A stretch of DNA of 64,000 nt from NCBI GenBank assembly GCA_964016885.1, contig OZ024742.1, positions 88,784,001 through 88,848,000 on the forward strand. The letters are read 5' to 3'. The DNA is from Eledone cirrhosa (taxonomy: Eukaryota). The stretch's first letter is position 1; each line of letters starts with the position of its first letter. Position numbers and translations under genes: made by a program. Below are positions 1 through 13,307 of this stretch, in pieces. A model generated the notes under the pieces. It did not search any database. It was not told the origin of the DNA and saw only the letters and a list, made by a program, of their open reading frames with translations.

Positions 1-1992
1 CCTATAATTCGATAGATATTTTCGAGTTTTCACAATACTACTTCTATAGGAAATTGGTGCAGGCTATCAAGAACTGCATTCTGCAATCCGGCCAGTCACA
101 CCCACCGACAATTTGGGCAAACGCAACAGAAAAACTGCATAAATTTATTTGGAATCGAATAGCACGCGAACATCAGGAAGCGTAAAAGCACAATTTGTGT
201 CTTTCTTTCTAGAATTTGCCTCCGTCATTAGGACTTAGCTCAGCTTCCCTTCCTTCTTCTCTTAGCACACGCACCTTAGATCTATCAATGCATCCTTCGT
301 GCTTCGTCTTGAAGAATTAGTTTACAACAAATCTCCTGGTGATGCCTTTATTAAAAGCCTCTTCCACCTAGGTTTCCCTCTTATCTAGATATCTCTATCT
401 GTACTATCATACTATCATACTAATAGCTATCGATTCTCTTGTAATTGTAGACATTCAGAGCGAAACACGCTATGTCATTGACGATTTCGACAACTTCCAA
501 ATCCGAACTCAATCATATTCCCGTTCCCGAGTTCCTGCCTGTGAAGCGTATCTAGGTGTCTTGTTACATATATTAAAGTGAATCTACACTACTCTTGTCT
601 ACTGACATATAGAATGCCTCATCTCGATATATGGTGGTAGTGGTGTGGATGGGGGTGCCAGCGGCGGCACTGGGGTTTATTGTTTGAAGTTTTAAGTTTC
701 TTTCTATTGACTTTTTGTGTAGGCGGAATTTGTTCAGTTTATTTATTTACTTGTTTTTTGTTTTCTCTCATTACAACTAAGATAACTCAATGATTAAAAG
801 TGGGGAATAGCATGTGCTAAGGCCTTATTTTGTGGCTGAAGGATTCTGATGAGGATTTTGTATAAGTTGGTGTTGATGATGTTGCAGCTGTTGATTTACC
901 TGCGGCTGCCCTTTATGGATGCTGTTGTTGGTCTATTTCTAAGTTCAGGTTACAGATGTCGCTGCTGCTGCTATTTTCATTGTAATAATTTCCAGGTTTA
1001 CTTTTGAGTACAAAATTATAATTTTCAATGAAAAATCGTTTTGGGCAATTCTTTACAGTGAGGCAATCTGTTCTGGTTAATTCTTCTTGCACATACGGTT
1101 TGACGATATATATTTATTTATTTTATTAAACGAAAAAGGTATGCTTGTATTTAAAATACAGATATTTTCCCCAAAAGAGGAATATCCATGGACACTATCG
1201 TGGTATAAGAAGCTGGATAGTGTAGTGTCCGACAATTTAACAAAATTATAACAATATGTGTTGTAATGAAAGGAAGTAATAAATGACGCATGGAGCGGTA
1301 ACGAGATGTGTTGAAAAAAACATCAACCACAATAATAATACAGAAAATATTAGAGGCCAAAAAGATGGGTACGCATAGACTAGCACTCTGCATTTCATAA
1401 CGTAAATCTAACATCACCAAATTAGAAACAAGTCATTTTAAGCAAATGAAATAAAATCCCTTTAAACAAAACGCCACATGGAAAAGCTGATAATATTGTC
1501 ATACTACCCGTATGGCCCTTTTATTATCATGGAAAGCATATACGTTGTCTCAGTGTTTTATTACCATTGAAGAATCATGCATGCAAAATGTGAACTTAAA
1601 AGAGGATTTTCTATGCAAACCACTAAATCGAAGTAGAAAAACGCAGTAGGTTTGAAGGTTATTCCATTATTACAATTTAAGGTTTATACGATATACACAC
1701 GGAAATATGTAATAAGAATAATGCACAACAAAATAAAGCGAAATTGTAAGCACGCCCGAAAGAAAATTGTAGGAATAATCTTGAAATAATTTATGAAACC
1801 CTCTACTATCCTTCTCGTCTACAATATAAAACTGCTATTGGCCTTGCCCGGAGATTGAATATATAAATAAGTAAATCATAGAGGCGAATTTTGAAGAGTG
1901 AATAGCATGTAAACACGCGACGATCATAGTCCCGTAATAGAGAACAAAACAAAAACAAAAAAAGCAAAAAAAAAAACATGTCTTCTCAAGAG

Positions 1993-2148
1993 GTTCACTC
2001 TTAACTCAACGTCCACAGAAAGCAAAGTTAAAAGAGAATGTTGGATAAATCTTGACTATATTCTAGTGGTAATATTTGACCTACAACACTCAAGATTCAA
2101 CATTCTCATTTAATTTTGCTTTCTTTGGACGTTGAGTTATGAGTGAGC
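1993..2148. repeat. ~155-bp fold-back (MITE-like) element with ~60-bp imperfect inverted arms
   Basis: gttcactcttaactcaacgtccacagaaagcaaagttaaaagagaatgttg (1993-) is the near reverse complement of caacattctcatttaattttgctttctttggacgttgagttatgagtgagc (-2148). Confidence 0.75.
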
Positions 2149-2399
2149 GTTGAATGCATATTTCACATCACAACTGAATTCTCTCAGAGAGGTTGGTCCA
2201 CCACTTATTCTGGATCTCATGAAGTTTGCACTATAACTTACTGCATACGAGGTGGAGCGCAGCTTCTTCTCAGGATTAGATGGCTAAGCTAAATGGACCT
2301 GATAGGTGGAACACTTTTTCACAAGCAATTCTTGATTTTCTTGTTAGTTTCGTTAAACCGGGTTTTAGTCTTCATTGATTTGAACCCAAGGAATTACTC

Positions 2400-3765
2400 A
2401 AATATATGCAGTTTTGAGTTACTCTCAACGTTTTTCAAACGAGGGATATATGGGGGCGCTTGCCACTTCAAGCTTTGTCTGAAGGGCTGCATGAAAGTTA
2501 GCTTTGATATCAGCTGACTGGAAACTGCCAGGCCCCCTCCTTTCTTTGGTTCGGATTTAAATTGTAGTTTGAGTTTGCAGGGTACGAGGTGACAGTCAGT
2601 GTGACATTCCACACTTGTTATACAAGATGTATTTCACATAAAACTGGGGCACTAGAATATAATCAATAATATACCAATATTTGAAACGAGAACGCATCGA
2701 GTATATTTTCAAACTGCATTTCGTAATGAGGAATAGATGCTAAATCCAACGTCAAGCACCCATTGCCGTTGCCTTTGCTAATACAAGCACTTCATCCCCG
2801 GTCACAAAACCACAGCCAATTCCGGGTTTGAAAACGTCAAGGTTTGTCTTCTGTTGGGCCGTCTTTTAGGAGACTGTGCAGATCATAGTAAAGGTTTACT
2901 ATGATCTGCACAGTCTCCTTTTCCGCAGATTCTTGTTAAAGAGATGGAAAATACACACTGACCACCGTGGAAAATGCTGTTTAATGGGTGGGAGGCGCAT
3001 AGAGGTGCTGCTGTCAATGACATTTTGGAGGGTTTTCTTTAATTTGCAAGTGATAGAGTGCCTAACCATGTTGCCCACGCCCGAAAGGCGTCTTTCTGCT
3101 GCAGCATTACCTGACCAGTATAGGATATATTCGGTGCCATGCTCTTGTAAGTTGCCTACCTCTGGACAGCGGACATTACTGAGAACAAGGTCGCCAACTT
3201 TCTCTCAGGAGTACTCGTGTGCATCATATGACCAAATATCCTGAACTACCTGCATGCTGGAATGCTTGATTGGGACTGCGGTTTTCTGTGTCCTGTACAC
3301 CTGCAGTTGTCGTTCGTTTCCCATCACTCCATGGCATAGAGAATAGGTGATCACGGACGTGTCCTTTGAGCCGACGTAGTATAGGTCATGCTGAACTGAT
3401 CGCACGCTTTATATCAGGGATTCATCAAGTAATGGCCTTGCAAGCTGGGACGGTGAGAGCGAGGTCCTCGGATCGTAGGTTTTAGATCAGTGTGTATTCT
3501 TAGGCGCTGCCTACAAAACCTTGCTCGAAGGTATGGGGGCAGTTATCCAGGCCGGGTTCTGTTGGATGTTACAAAACGTTTCCATAGATGCAAGGTGTTG
3601 GGACGTCAAGCCTGTCCACTCTGTCCAGCGTGCTTTACGACTAAAACTATTTAACAAATAGATGGGAACATGACAAGTATCATCACCCCGAGTTTCAGTT
3701 GACCTGGGAGTAATGGTAACTAATTGGTAACGCCATATTTCCCAGAACCCCATAACTCTCAAATT
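2400..3765 (-). mobile_element. Highly degenerate RTE-clade (BovB-like) LINE fragments (APE endonuclease, RT and C-terminal pieces)
   Basis: Minus-strand pieces read GNLQEHGTEYILYWSGNAAAERRLSGVG and SMRLPP...VVSVY (APE, ~2900-3205), LRRLKGH and GFWEIW (RT region, ~3250-3760), and GKRP-PYIPRLK (C-terminus, ~2430-2480); many frameshifts and stops. Confidence 0.7.
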
Positions 3766-4177
3766 AGAGCCTCAGCAGCGGTTGCAGCGTTGTGTCATGC
3801 CTACTACCAGATCTAAACCACTAGAAATCGACATGGTCACCAACCTGAAGCTAAAACACCTGAGCAGCACCAATAGATATATATAACAGCAGCCGTCAAT
3901 GAAATTCTATGAAAATCGGAAGGAACAGCTGGTAGGATGTTGGAAGAGGAAATCACTTAATTCTCAAAAGATAAATACCATACAAGGCCAAAACTGATAG
4001 ACCTAAAACATCACTACAAGCAACATAAAAAAGGTAATGTCCACAAAATAAAACTGGCTGCTTACACTTCTGGAAAACAATGTGTGACCAGGATAACAAC
4101 GGGTGCGAGAATGGTTGTACGCCTCCAAAAGTTTAAATGGCTTTTGCAGAAGATTACTTCCAGGCAATCATCTAGGA

Positions 4178-4813
4178 CAGGGGTGGACAAACTTTCTGAA
4201 TCGAGGGCCACATTTACTGGTTCATAAACACCAGAGGGCAGCACCATTTATTATTGGATATAATGTACCAGTAAGCTTACTTTTTTTAGTTAGAACTCAG
4301 AAAATATAAAACATAAACTGTATCATTATAATACATAAGTTAATAAAATGATTAAATACAAACATCTTAAAACAAAGTTTTCTTTTAATTTGTGTCGGTA
4401 CATCACAAAACATACCAGAAGAAGCAATTTAATGAGACAAATCCAACTGGTCACAATTTGTTACAATTTGTTTTTAAATCTGGCACAAGGTTACTGCTAG
4501 AAATTCTTAGCACTGCATGTAGGTTTGTGTCTGAAATCATGGATCTGCTCTTGGACTTGTTTATTTTGAGACAGGACAAATTTTGTTCACAGATGCAAGT
4601 TGACCCCAAAATAGAAAACAGTCTTGCAGCAAAGCTTCTCAAACATGAAAATGTCTCAGTTCTGCTCTCTCTGGTACAAAAACGTAATTAATTATTATAT
4701 ACGAAAATCTTTTTTTTTTTTTTTTAAATTAATTCATCGAATGCTTCCACAGGCCGCACAAAATTCTTTGGTGGGCCGCATTTGGCCCACGGTCCGTATT
4801 TTGCCCACCCCTG
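4178..4813 (-). mobile_element. Internally deleted hAT (Charlie/Buster-type) DNA transposon
   Basis: TIRs CAGGGGTGGACAAA / TTTGCCCACCCCTG; 8-bp TSD atctagga (4170-4177) / acctagga (4814-4821); ORF 4451-4642(-) encodes a hAT C-terminal dimerisation-domain remnant (LGSTCICEQNLSCLKINKSKSRSMISDTNLHAVLRIS). Confidence 0.9.
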
Positions 4814-7458
4814 ACCTAGGATTTCCCCATGTAAATTGATGAGGAGATCAATGAAAACCGTCCATGCGTAGTATTCAAGGGGTGTAGAAACATGCGCACT
4901 TCTACACATCGATTCTGATAAACATCGCAATCCCCTTTTTATCAAATATTTGTCTGAAAAGAAGTAGAACATATGTAAAAGTTCAAATGTATTGAAATCG
5001 TAAGATATGCGTTATTGGGCATCTAAATGTACCATGTGTCAATTTGACGTGAGATATCATATAGCTTTGACAGAAATTTCGCCATATAAAATTCTAAATC
5101 TCGTTCTTTTCGCTGAAACATTACGCCAAAAGTGTTTCACTAATGTTCTGTCATATGGCCAATCCTAGGTCAAACATGGCTTTGTTGTGCAAGCGCCGGA
5201 TCATTCCCGCTTTTTTTCTGATTAACACCTTTACCGATTATGCAGCAAGAAAGCATTGTATTTTGAGATATAACTACCACATCTTTTGTTTTCTTTCTGT
5301 TGCAGAAAAATTACCATCGTCTTTAGACGGTGACGTTAGCAATAGAAATCTCATGATATTACTGCCCTTATTTGAGTGATGTAAATTAATGTCTTCTCAA
5401 TATAAAAATTGCATATTTTCTTATCTATATTTCAAAAGACGTGCGTCCTTTCTTTATCCAGTAAGGTGCGATTTTATGTATTTTTACTGTTTCGACTAGC
5501 GGGTCAAATGACAGTTTTATTGCTCCTTCGTTGGCAATCATTATTATTGGAGTTTAAAGTCCTATAAAGTCCTACTATCGATTTTGTTCTTGGTATTGTC
5601 ATTATTGCTCATATGAATTTTGTTGACTGTGTTACATTTAATGTCGGAATTATTGCTGCAGTTTGGGCAATTATTCACAATAATAAAAAGTAAAGAATAT
5701 ATTTTCTCATGCCACTACCGAAAATGGAAGATGTTTACAACAGAATCATCTCACAACTTTACCCACGGAACTATGGTAAAACTCATTTATGTCGTAAATG
5801 GAGAAACAAATAACAATTAGAAGTATTTTCCTCTCTAAACAAGCAAGATATATAACAATTAGGCTTCTTTTCTTTACCGTGATATATAACAATAGAATAA
5901 ACACTACAAATATATATTATATTTAAGAAAAACAAATATTATTAGATCATATCCAACAGGAGCTGCTTCGATGTGTATTTCGTACGGTAGATTCAAATAC
6001 AACTGTAAAAAATGTAAGAGCAAAATCAATAACAAATATAAAATATGCTCCAAGGTGTACTGTCGTATACATATGAGCATTCGCCAATATTAAATATTGT
6101 CAGTGAAAGTAAAAGATTACTTGTCAGCCTACTCAAGGAAACTGAGATCATTTTACATGACTAAAGAAACAATAGTATTTTTTACAATAGACGTAGCAAC
6201 AGTGTGTGGCCTCATGTCGTGCAGAATCAAATTGTGATGATAAATTATCCAGACCGAGCTATTGAATCAATATTATTTTGGCAGTAAAAAGGAAAATATG
6301 TATTTCAAACAGAGCTGATTGTGACACGTCGGTAAGCTTATTAACTGTCCATCAACACAAATTCTCTATAAGTTTCCTTCTGTAGGTGTATTGGGTGTTC
6401 ACATTCCTGAAAACTTATATTAACAGCAAATCAATATCCCTTATCATATTTCCTGCAACCTTAATGTTGTATTTTTAAAATTACGAAAATACCTCAAGCA
6501 TGTCATTAAACAATATTCATGTCTGAAAGATAATGCGAGTAAATTCCGTTTTTTTTATACGTTTTACAAAATTGAAATTGTGAAATTGTAATCTTGTGTT
6601 TTGACAGTTATTGAACTTTAGGGAGGTCATTCTGCCAATAAGAACACACATACACGTTTGGTTTCATTTCATTTTTATTAATGAGATAATTAAATAATCA
6701 CTCAGCTAATTAATTAATTGCTTTATGATAGCCATCGATTACTATTGCACATTAAAACAACTGCTTCTTCTACACTTACTCAATGTTTTCTGTCTATATT
6801 TTTCTTTCATGACCTCAGGTCTTGTATGTTTATTTTAGACTACTTTGTACAATGTGACCGAATAGGCGAGATTGTGATATTTATATAAGGCATAGCCGTA
6901 CTTCAACAGGCTGACTGAAAACATAGATTTCAATCTTGTGGGTAAAGAAAGAAAGAAGTTTGGAGAGAGAGTGATAGACAGACATCTGTAGAGACAGAGA
7001 GAGAGAGTAGCAGCACAAGTGAATGCGACAATATATATAGGTTAATTTCAAATGCGAATCCATGTGCATATTCACATCAAATCTATTTCAAATGTCTTGC
7101 ACGATTAAAATATTACTACAGATAATGTTATCACCATTATTACGGTAGTACAACAGCGATGGATTTGATTTAAAGAATCGAACAAATGTTTATAGTACAA
7201 ATTGCGGCGAATCAAATTTGCGGTTCATGCATTTGTGTCCAACATTTGTGTGCAACAGCATATCATAAAAGTACTAAGATTCATATAATGGGCTTTCCTA
7301 TTCCCAGAAATTACGGTTTGTGTTAAATTCCAAATCATAAATTACAAGTCCAGTTCTCATTTACATTTTCACTCACTGGCATTTTCCCTTTTTTAAAATT
7401 AGTTTTGAACGAAAACTGCTTACTTTTACACTATTCTTCCTCTACTACCTCTTCTTGT

Positions 7459-7669
7459 GGATTGGCAGTATCGGTAGCGGTCGGACGCCATGCTTTGCAG
7501 TATGATCTGAATTCAAATCCCGCCGAGGTTAACTTTGCCTTTCATCCTTACGGGGTAGATAAAATAAAGTACCAGTCACGCACTGGAGTCGATTTAATCG
7601 ACTTTCCCCTCCTCCAAAATTGCTGACCTTGTGCCAATATACGAAATCATTATTATTATTATTACTATT
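7459..7669 (+). mobile_element. tRNA-derived SINE, copy 1 of tandem cluster
   Basis: A-box-like tggcagtatcgg, B-box-like aattcaaatcc, core aactttgcctttcatccttacggggtagataaaataaagtaccagt, (ATT)n tail. Confidence 0.85.
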
Positions 7670-7670
7670 G

Positions 7671-7891
7671 GTGGATGGATTGGCAGTATCGGTAGAGGGT
7701 CGGACGCCATGCTTTCCAGCATAGTTACGTCCCTTTACGATCTGAGTTCAAATCCCACCCACCGAGGTTAAATTTGCCTAACGTAGAAACAATTATTATT
7801 ATTACGGGGTCGATAAAATAAAGTACCAGTAGTGCACTGGGTAATTGCTGGCCTTGTGCCAAAAATAGAAACAATTGTTATTATTATTATT
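7671..7891 (+). mobile_element. tRNA-derived SINE, copy 2 (rearranged, with an internal tail piece)
   Basis: Same head (gagttcaaatccc); core interrupted by gtagaaacaattattattatta at ~7783-7804, then resumes at cggggtcgataaaataaagtaccag and ends in (ATT)n. Confidence 0.8.
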
Positions 7892-7892
7892 A

Positions 7893-8082
7893 GGCGGTGG
7901 ATCGGTAGAGGGTCGGATGCCATGTTTTGACGCATAGAGTTACGGCCTTTGCCATCCTGAGTTCAAATCCCGCCGAGGTTAAATTTGCCTTTCATCCTTA
8001 CGGGGTCGATAAAATAAAGTACCAGTAATGCTCTGGGTATTTGCTGGCCTTGTGGCAAAAGTAGAAACAATTATTATTATTA
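7893..8082 (+). mobile_element. tRNA-derived SINE, copy 3
   Basis: Head, B-box gagttcaaatccc, core and 3' end gccttgtggcaaaagtagaaacaattattattatt. Confidence 0.85.
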
Positions 8083-9779
8083 CAGTAGTCATGGTAGCGT
8101 CAACACTACCAGCAGGTAGCTGTGGTGATGGCACTGTTACTCAAAGTATCAAATTGATCCTCGTCGTCACCTTTGTTGTAATCAATTTAATCTGTGAAAG
8201 CAGAAAGCCAACTATTTCGTGGAATAGTTGCATAACAAGCGTCCATTAGTGTGACTTATCATTACCACGTTATGAAAAATGAAATGAATGTTAGACACAA
8301 AGATGCATTATGTTGCTGTTGTCGGAAAGAACTATCTTACTTTGATACGACCAATATGAACGAGAGATAAGAAGTTTTCTTTTGCAACTGATCTAGACTA
8401 CGCACGATCAAATACAACCTAATTGTGATCATCCTTGTATAATATTTCAGATTAACTGTTTTTTATTTGTTTTGTTTTTATTTTGTTTATTCGATCAAGT
8501 CAATGCGATGTGTAATATCAGCGAATGATCATTCTTCGGTATTAATAACAACAGTTACTTGAGGGAATTCAACAGAGAAAACGATGAAGTCAGTTATGTA
8601 TTCTAAACTACCACTACATCTCGTATCGCTTGCTTAAACCACGCGTGGTAATTAACAATTCACTGGCAGAAAGATGAATGCTAACACTGTTCTGATTCAC
8701 TGAATCAGATGTACCGATATAGTATTTTTTTTTTCTGCTTCACAAAGAGAACAAGAGAAAGAATTATTCTTCGATTAAAAATACTTAGTCATCTCAAATC
8801 TAACATGATAGATTAGACGTATGATCTAAGGCGTTTTAATTATGACCATTCCGTATTTTAGTGGCATTTGGACGCATAATATCTAAAGAATACTTCCCTT
8901 TGTTGAGAATGTAATACGGGCTTGTGTTAGGCGAACGATCTACTAGAAATAGATATCAGATTCCCTACAGAGACCACAATACCTTATATATAAATCAAGA
9001 AAGCAAGAAACGAACAATCCCGTTACCGGGTTTTTTGCCGAGTAGACAAAGCTGGAGGTTAAGAATGTCGCACCCAGATGAGCAATTTACCTCCTTCAAA
9101 AATTCTCTACATTTATTTCCTTTACAGAAAACATGTATATATTTTAAGTTATGTATTTTTGTGTGTTTATGTATGTATGAATCGTGCTATATGTATGTCT
9201 TCATGAAAATGCACACACACACACACACACGTATATATATATATTCTTTAGGTCGTGTCAATACTCTCTTACACATATATATATATATATATATTTTTTT
9301 TTAATAATCGTTCTACATGGCTGAATACAATAAATGTAATCTGAGTTTTAATAAAAATATTCGATTCGTTTGCAATTATGCAAACACCCTCTTTTTTATG
9401 AATATGGCAAAGCCAGCCATTAATCGCTCGTATACAGGAATCTGACTGGCCTGTCTGCTGACATGCAAATCTAGCTGATCAGTGGATCTGCCAATATGCA
9501 GATCTGACTGGCCTGTCTGCTGACATGCAAATCTGAGCGATCAGTCACTTTATATTTTAGAAAATATCATATATTTTCACTAGCCCTGACATATAGCAGG
9601 TAAACGGTTAACTGCACTGATTAAGGATAATACCCAGAAACATTAGAGTCTGCAGTTCTGTTTACATGCCAACACAAGAGCAGCTCACTTGCAAGGTCTA
9701 GCAGCCACTTTTGATAGTATTAATACTATTGTAGTTACAACTGACTGCTATTGTGGCTAGTTATTTTATGCAATGTGAT

Positions 9780-10330
9780 TATTGTTGGCCTTGTGCCTTA
9801 GGGTGGAAGCGATGATTATTCTTTTAGTAATGTTTTTAGCGACCCGCACCACCAGGCATTTGTGTTGCTGTCGTTGCCGTGGTGGGTTCATTACTGGTGT
9901 TGTTATTGTTGTTGGTGTTACCACTGTCTGGCTCTCGGGTAATGGGTACTCGCTGCATTGACAGGGTACTAATATCACCACTACTGCGACGACCGGTATA
10001 TGGTGATGGACGGTGTTAATTTTGTTGCAGTTACTTTTGTTGTTTTTGCTATGATATGGGGAAAGATGTGTATCTCAGCTCAGTTTATTGTTGTGACTGT
10101 TGTTACCGTTGTTGTTGTCAGCGGAGTGGTACTGCCACACTACGACTACTACGGCCAATGTTGGCGGCGGCGTTCGTTGGTGTTTGCTGTTGATGTCGTT
10201 GTTGCTGTTGTAGCTGTTTACTGTAAATGTTGTTATCGTTGTTGTTGTCAGTGAGGTAGTAATATCACTAGACGACTTTAGTCGGTATTTGCTTCTGTTG
10301 TTGTTGTTGCTCTTGATGTTGTAGCTGTTG
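9780..10330. repeat. Degenerate (GTT/GCT)n trinucleotide low-complexity region
   Basis: Runs of gttgttgtt/gctgtt generating spurious Val-, Asn- and Thr-rich ORFs. Confidence 0.8.
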
Positions 10331-10606
10331 TCTTGAATGTGGCTGTCAACCACATATATACCCCTCCCTCCCACAGAGTTCCATTTGTTACTTCTATTAT
10401 CTAATAGGCAATGGTTACGCATAGTTTTTCGTTTCATTCAGATCAACGTTGCCTCTCTACTGATTTACGACCTCAACTCCGTTCGGGATGCGTGAATCGT
10501 ATTTTTCACTAATTGACACGTTGATAACATCATAACTAAAAACTACGAATGTTGACAGCTTTCTCCAGCTTGCTACTGTTTTTACCGAAAGATTCTCTTC
10601 GGAACA

Positions 10607-10840
<234 letters not shown>

Positions 10841-11322
10841 GATAGATGGGGGGGGGGATTATATTTTGCTTTCTTTTTTATTTCTTTAAATATTCAGAAT
10901 TTTCTGGAAGTCTGTTTAGTTGAAGATTATTAAATGTTGATTGTCTAATTTAATATAGCAATATGTGTCGGTGCTTTTCCGTTCACTTTCAGGTCTTTAA
11001 GATTGTCAAAGTTTTTCTTAATCTATTGTATAATTTACCAATTTTGATACGATTTTTGTCAAAAATCCATTACTGTAAAATATAGTTTTCTTAATGTAAT
11101 ATATTTGAAAAGAAAATATGTTTGTAAATAGATATTTAGTTTTCAGGCTAACCTAGATACCTATCTGAAATGCACATAATTTCATAATAATTATATCGTT
11201 TTTAATAATGTCGACACGAACACACACAAGCATGGGAACTATTGACATAAACGCAAATAAGGAAAACACTTAGACGTATGTATATATATATTTATTCATA
11301 TTTGTATTTATTTATTTATAGA

Positions 11323-11393
<71 letters not shown>

Positions 11394-11455
11394 ATGTGTG
11401 TGTGTGTGTGTGTATGTATGTGTGTGTGTGTGTGTGTGTGTTTATATATATATAC

Positions 11456-12342
11456 ATGCTGCTGAGAATAAGAAAATCAACAACGGAGTGCTGCACAGCT
11501 ATGTATGACCGTGAAGATCAAAGCTAAGAAACTCGAAACAGTGGAACTAAATCGTAAATGGACAGGAAAACCACTACATGTTAGATTCGCAGAACGACTT
11601 TCTGACAATGTTACCGATCCGCATGGCTCACTGTCTTACCTCAGAAATGTTGGTTTGCACAATACTAATCTCTAAACACTCTCGCCTATAGAGAAATTAT
11701 TGTGAAAGATGGGACTAGCCCTATATGCAGAATATGCTACGGTAGATCGTGTTATCTCCGGATGTCAAGAGCTGGCAAAAACTCACTAAATAGAAAGACA
11801 CAACCACATTGCCAAATATGTGCACTGGATGCTCCGCCGCTCTCATGACATCTAAACTTCTCACAAAATCGTGTGAACATCATCCTAAAACAGTCATGGA
11901 AAAGGGCAATATATCCATCTTCTGGGGTATATATGTGATACTCGACCGAGAAATTGCTGCCAACAGACTTAATATCATCAAATAAAACAAAACAGCCTTA
12001 TAGATATTCTCGTAGCAGCTGACAAGAATGCATCTATAAAAACATTAGAAACACTGTCAAAATACGAAGAACTGTACATACAGATCAACCGCATGTGGAG
12101 GATAACCAGAATGATAAATACCCCAAATTGTCAGACCTGCACCTCAGAGTCGTTCCCTGAAATATCAGCAAATAAGAGCAACAGAAGATCGGACTACTAG
12201 GAACAGCATACATTCTCAGACGAGTTCTCTCTCTACAATGAAAACATCTATTGTCCTAGGTTCAAGGTCTGAACTATGCAATAGAGAAACAGACATGAGC
12301 TAATAGAAAGAAAAATAATAAAAAAACAAAAAGATAATAAAC

Positions 12343-12378
<36 letters not shown>
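11456..12378 (+). mobile_element. Degenerate 5'-truncated R4/Dong-type non-LTR retrotransposon, 3' part
   Basis: Reads KWTGKPLH, SPICRIC, ERHNHIAKYVHW and remnants of the RLE domain; ends in a (TAA)n tail at ~12343-12378. Confidence 0.75.
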
Positions 12379-13307
12379 GAGAAGAAGACGCACGAGGTGG
12401 CGGAGGTCATGAAATCGCTCCCGTAAGTTTTGAATTTTTAACATATTTAAATCATTTGTGAAATAACAACTCTTAGTACAAATGCTACGTAAAGCACCCG
12501 GCTTGAGCCCCAAAAAATTCGGACCCAAAATATATTGTTATAAGGCTCAAATATTCAAATATTCAACTTTGTATTGTACACTGTATATCCAAAAAAGAAA
12601 ATGGTTATAAATGGAAGAAGAACCCCCCCCCCCACCTCCTCTTCTCTGTCTACACTATATAGAACAGCCAAACTCACCAACACCAGAAACTAGATACACC
12701 ACCCACCCCATCACCTGTGTACACTAAACACAACAGCCAGATAACGGCAATTTCACCACCACCGCTCACTACTGCCATCATTACCACCACTATCTCATCA
12801 CCGCCGCCACCACTCCTTCACTCCTTCACTGCTACCACCGCTACAACACCATCACCACAGTAATACGATCACATCACCACCACCACTGCCTCGGTATCGA
12901 CATCACCACCACCACTGTCTCAGTATCGCTACCGCCGCCAGACACCCACTCACCCGGCTGGCTGCTGCCACCACATTATAGAATTCCTACTACTAAAAAA
13001 GAGGAAGGCATCAAAATATATAGATAGACTCAAAAGAAAAAAGAAAAAAAACAAACAACAAAACCAAAGCAGCACAGCAATAACAGCAAAAAACGAGAAA
13101 AACAAACAGAGAAAAAAAAAAAAAAAAAAAAACGTAAAGAAAATAAGAATGAAGAGAGAAGCAGGCGGACGGACAGAGAAGAGGGGAGAAAAACTAAAAC
13201 TAAAAAAACAAAAACTAAGTCAGACATTCGAACACTACATTACAATGAAACTTATGCTTATTCATTTTTGGGGACCTTTCTGCCTGTGTGTTTGTTTGTT
13301 TATGTGT

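Noticed and set aside
1-610. Possible LTR 3' end (attaaa ... tgaca)
   Set aside because: No second LTR, primer-binding site or gag/pol sequence visible.
5306-5329. 24-nt phase 1-1 micro-exon (EKLPSSLD) after a strong acceptor, frame-compatible with 53340
   Set aside because: Weak donor (gtgacg), 48 kb away, and too short to distinguish from chance.
9440-9590. 32-bp direct repeat pair and a hAT-like end (ttttcactagccctg)
   Set aside because: No matching opposite terminus or TSD found.
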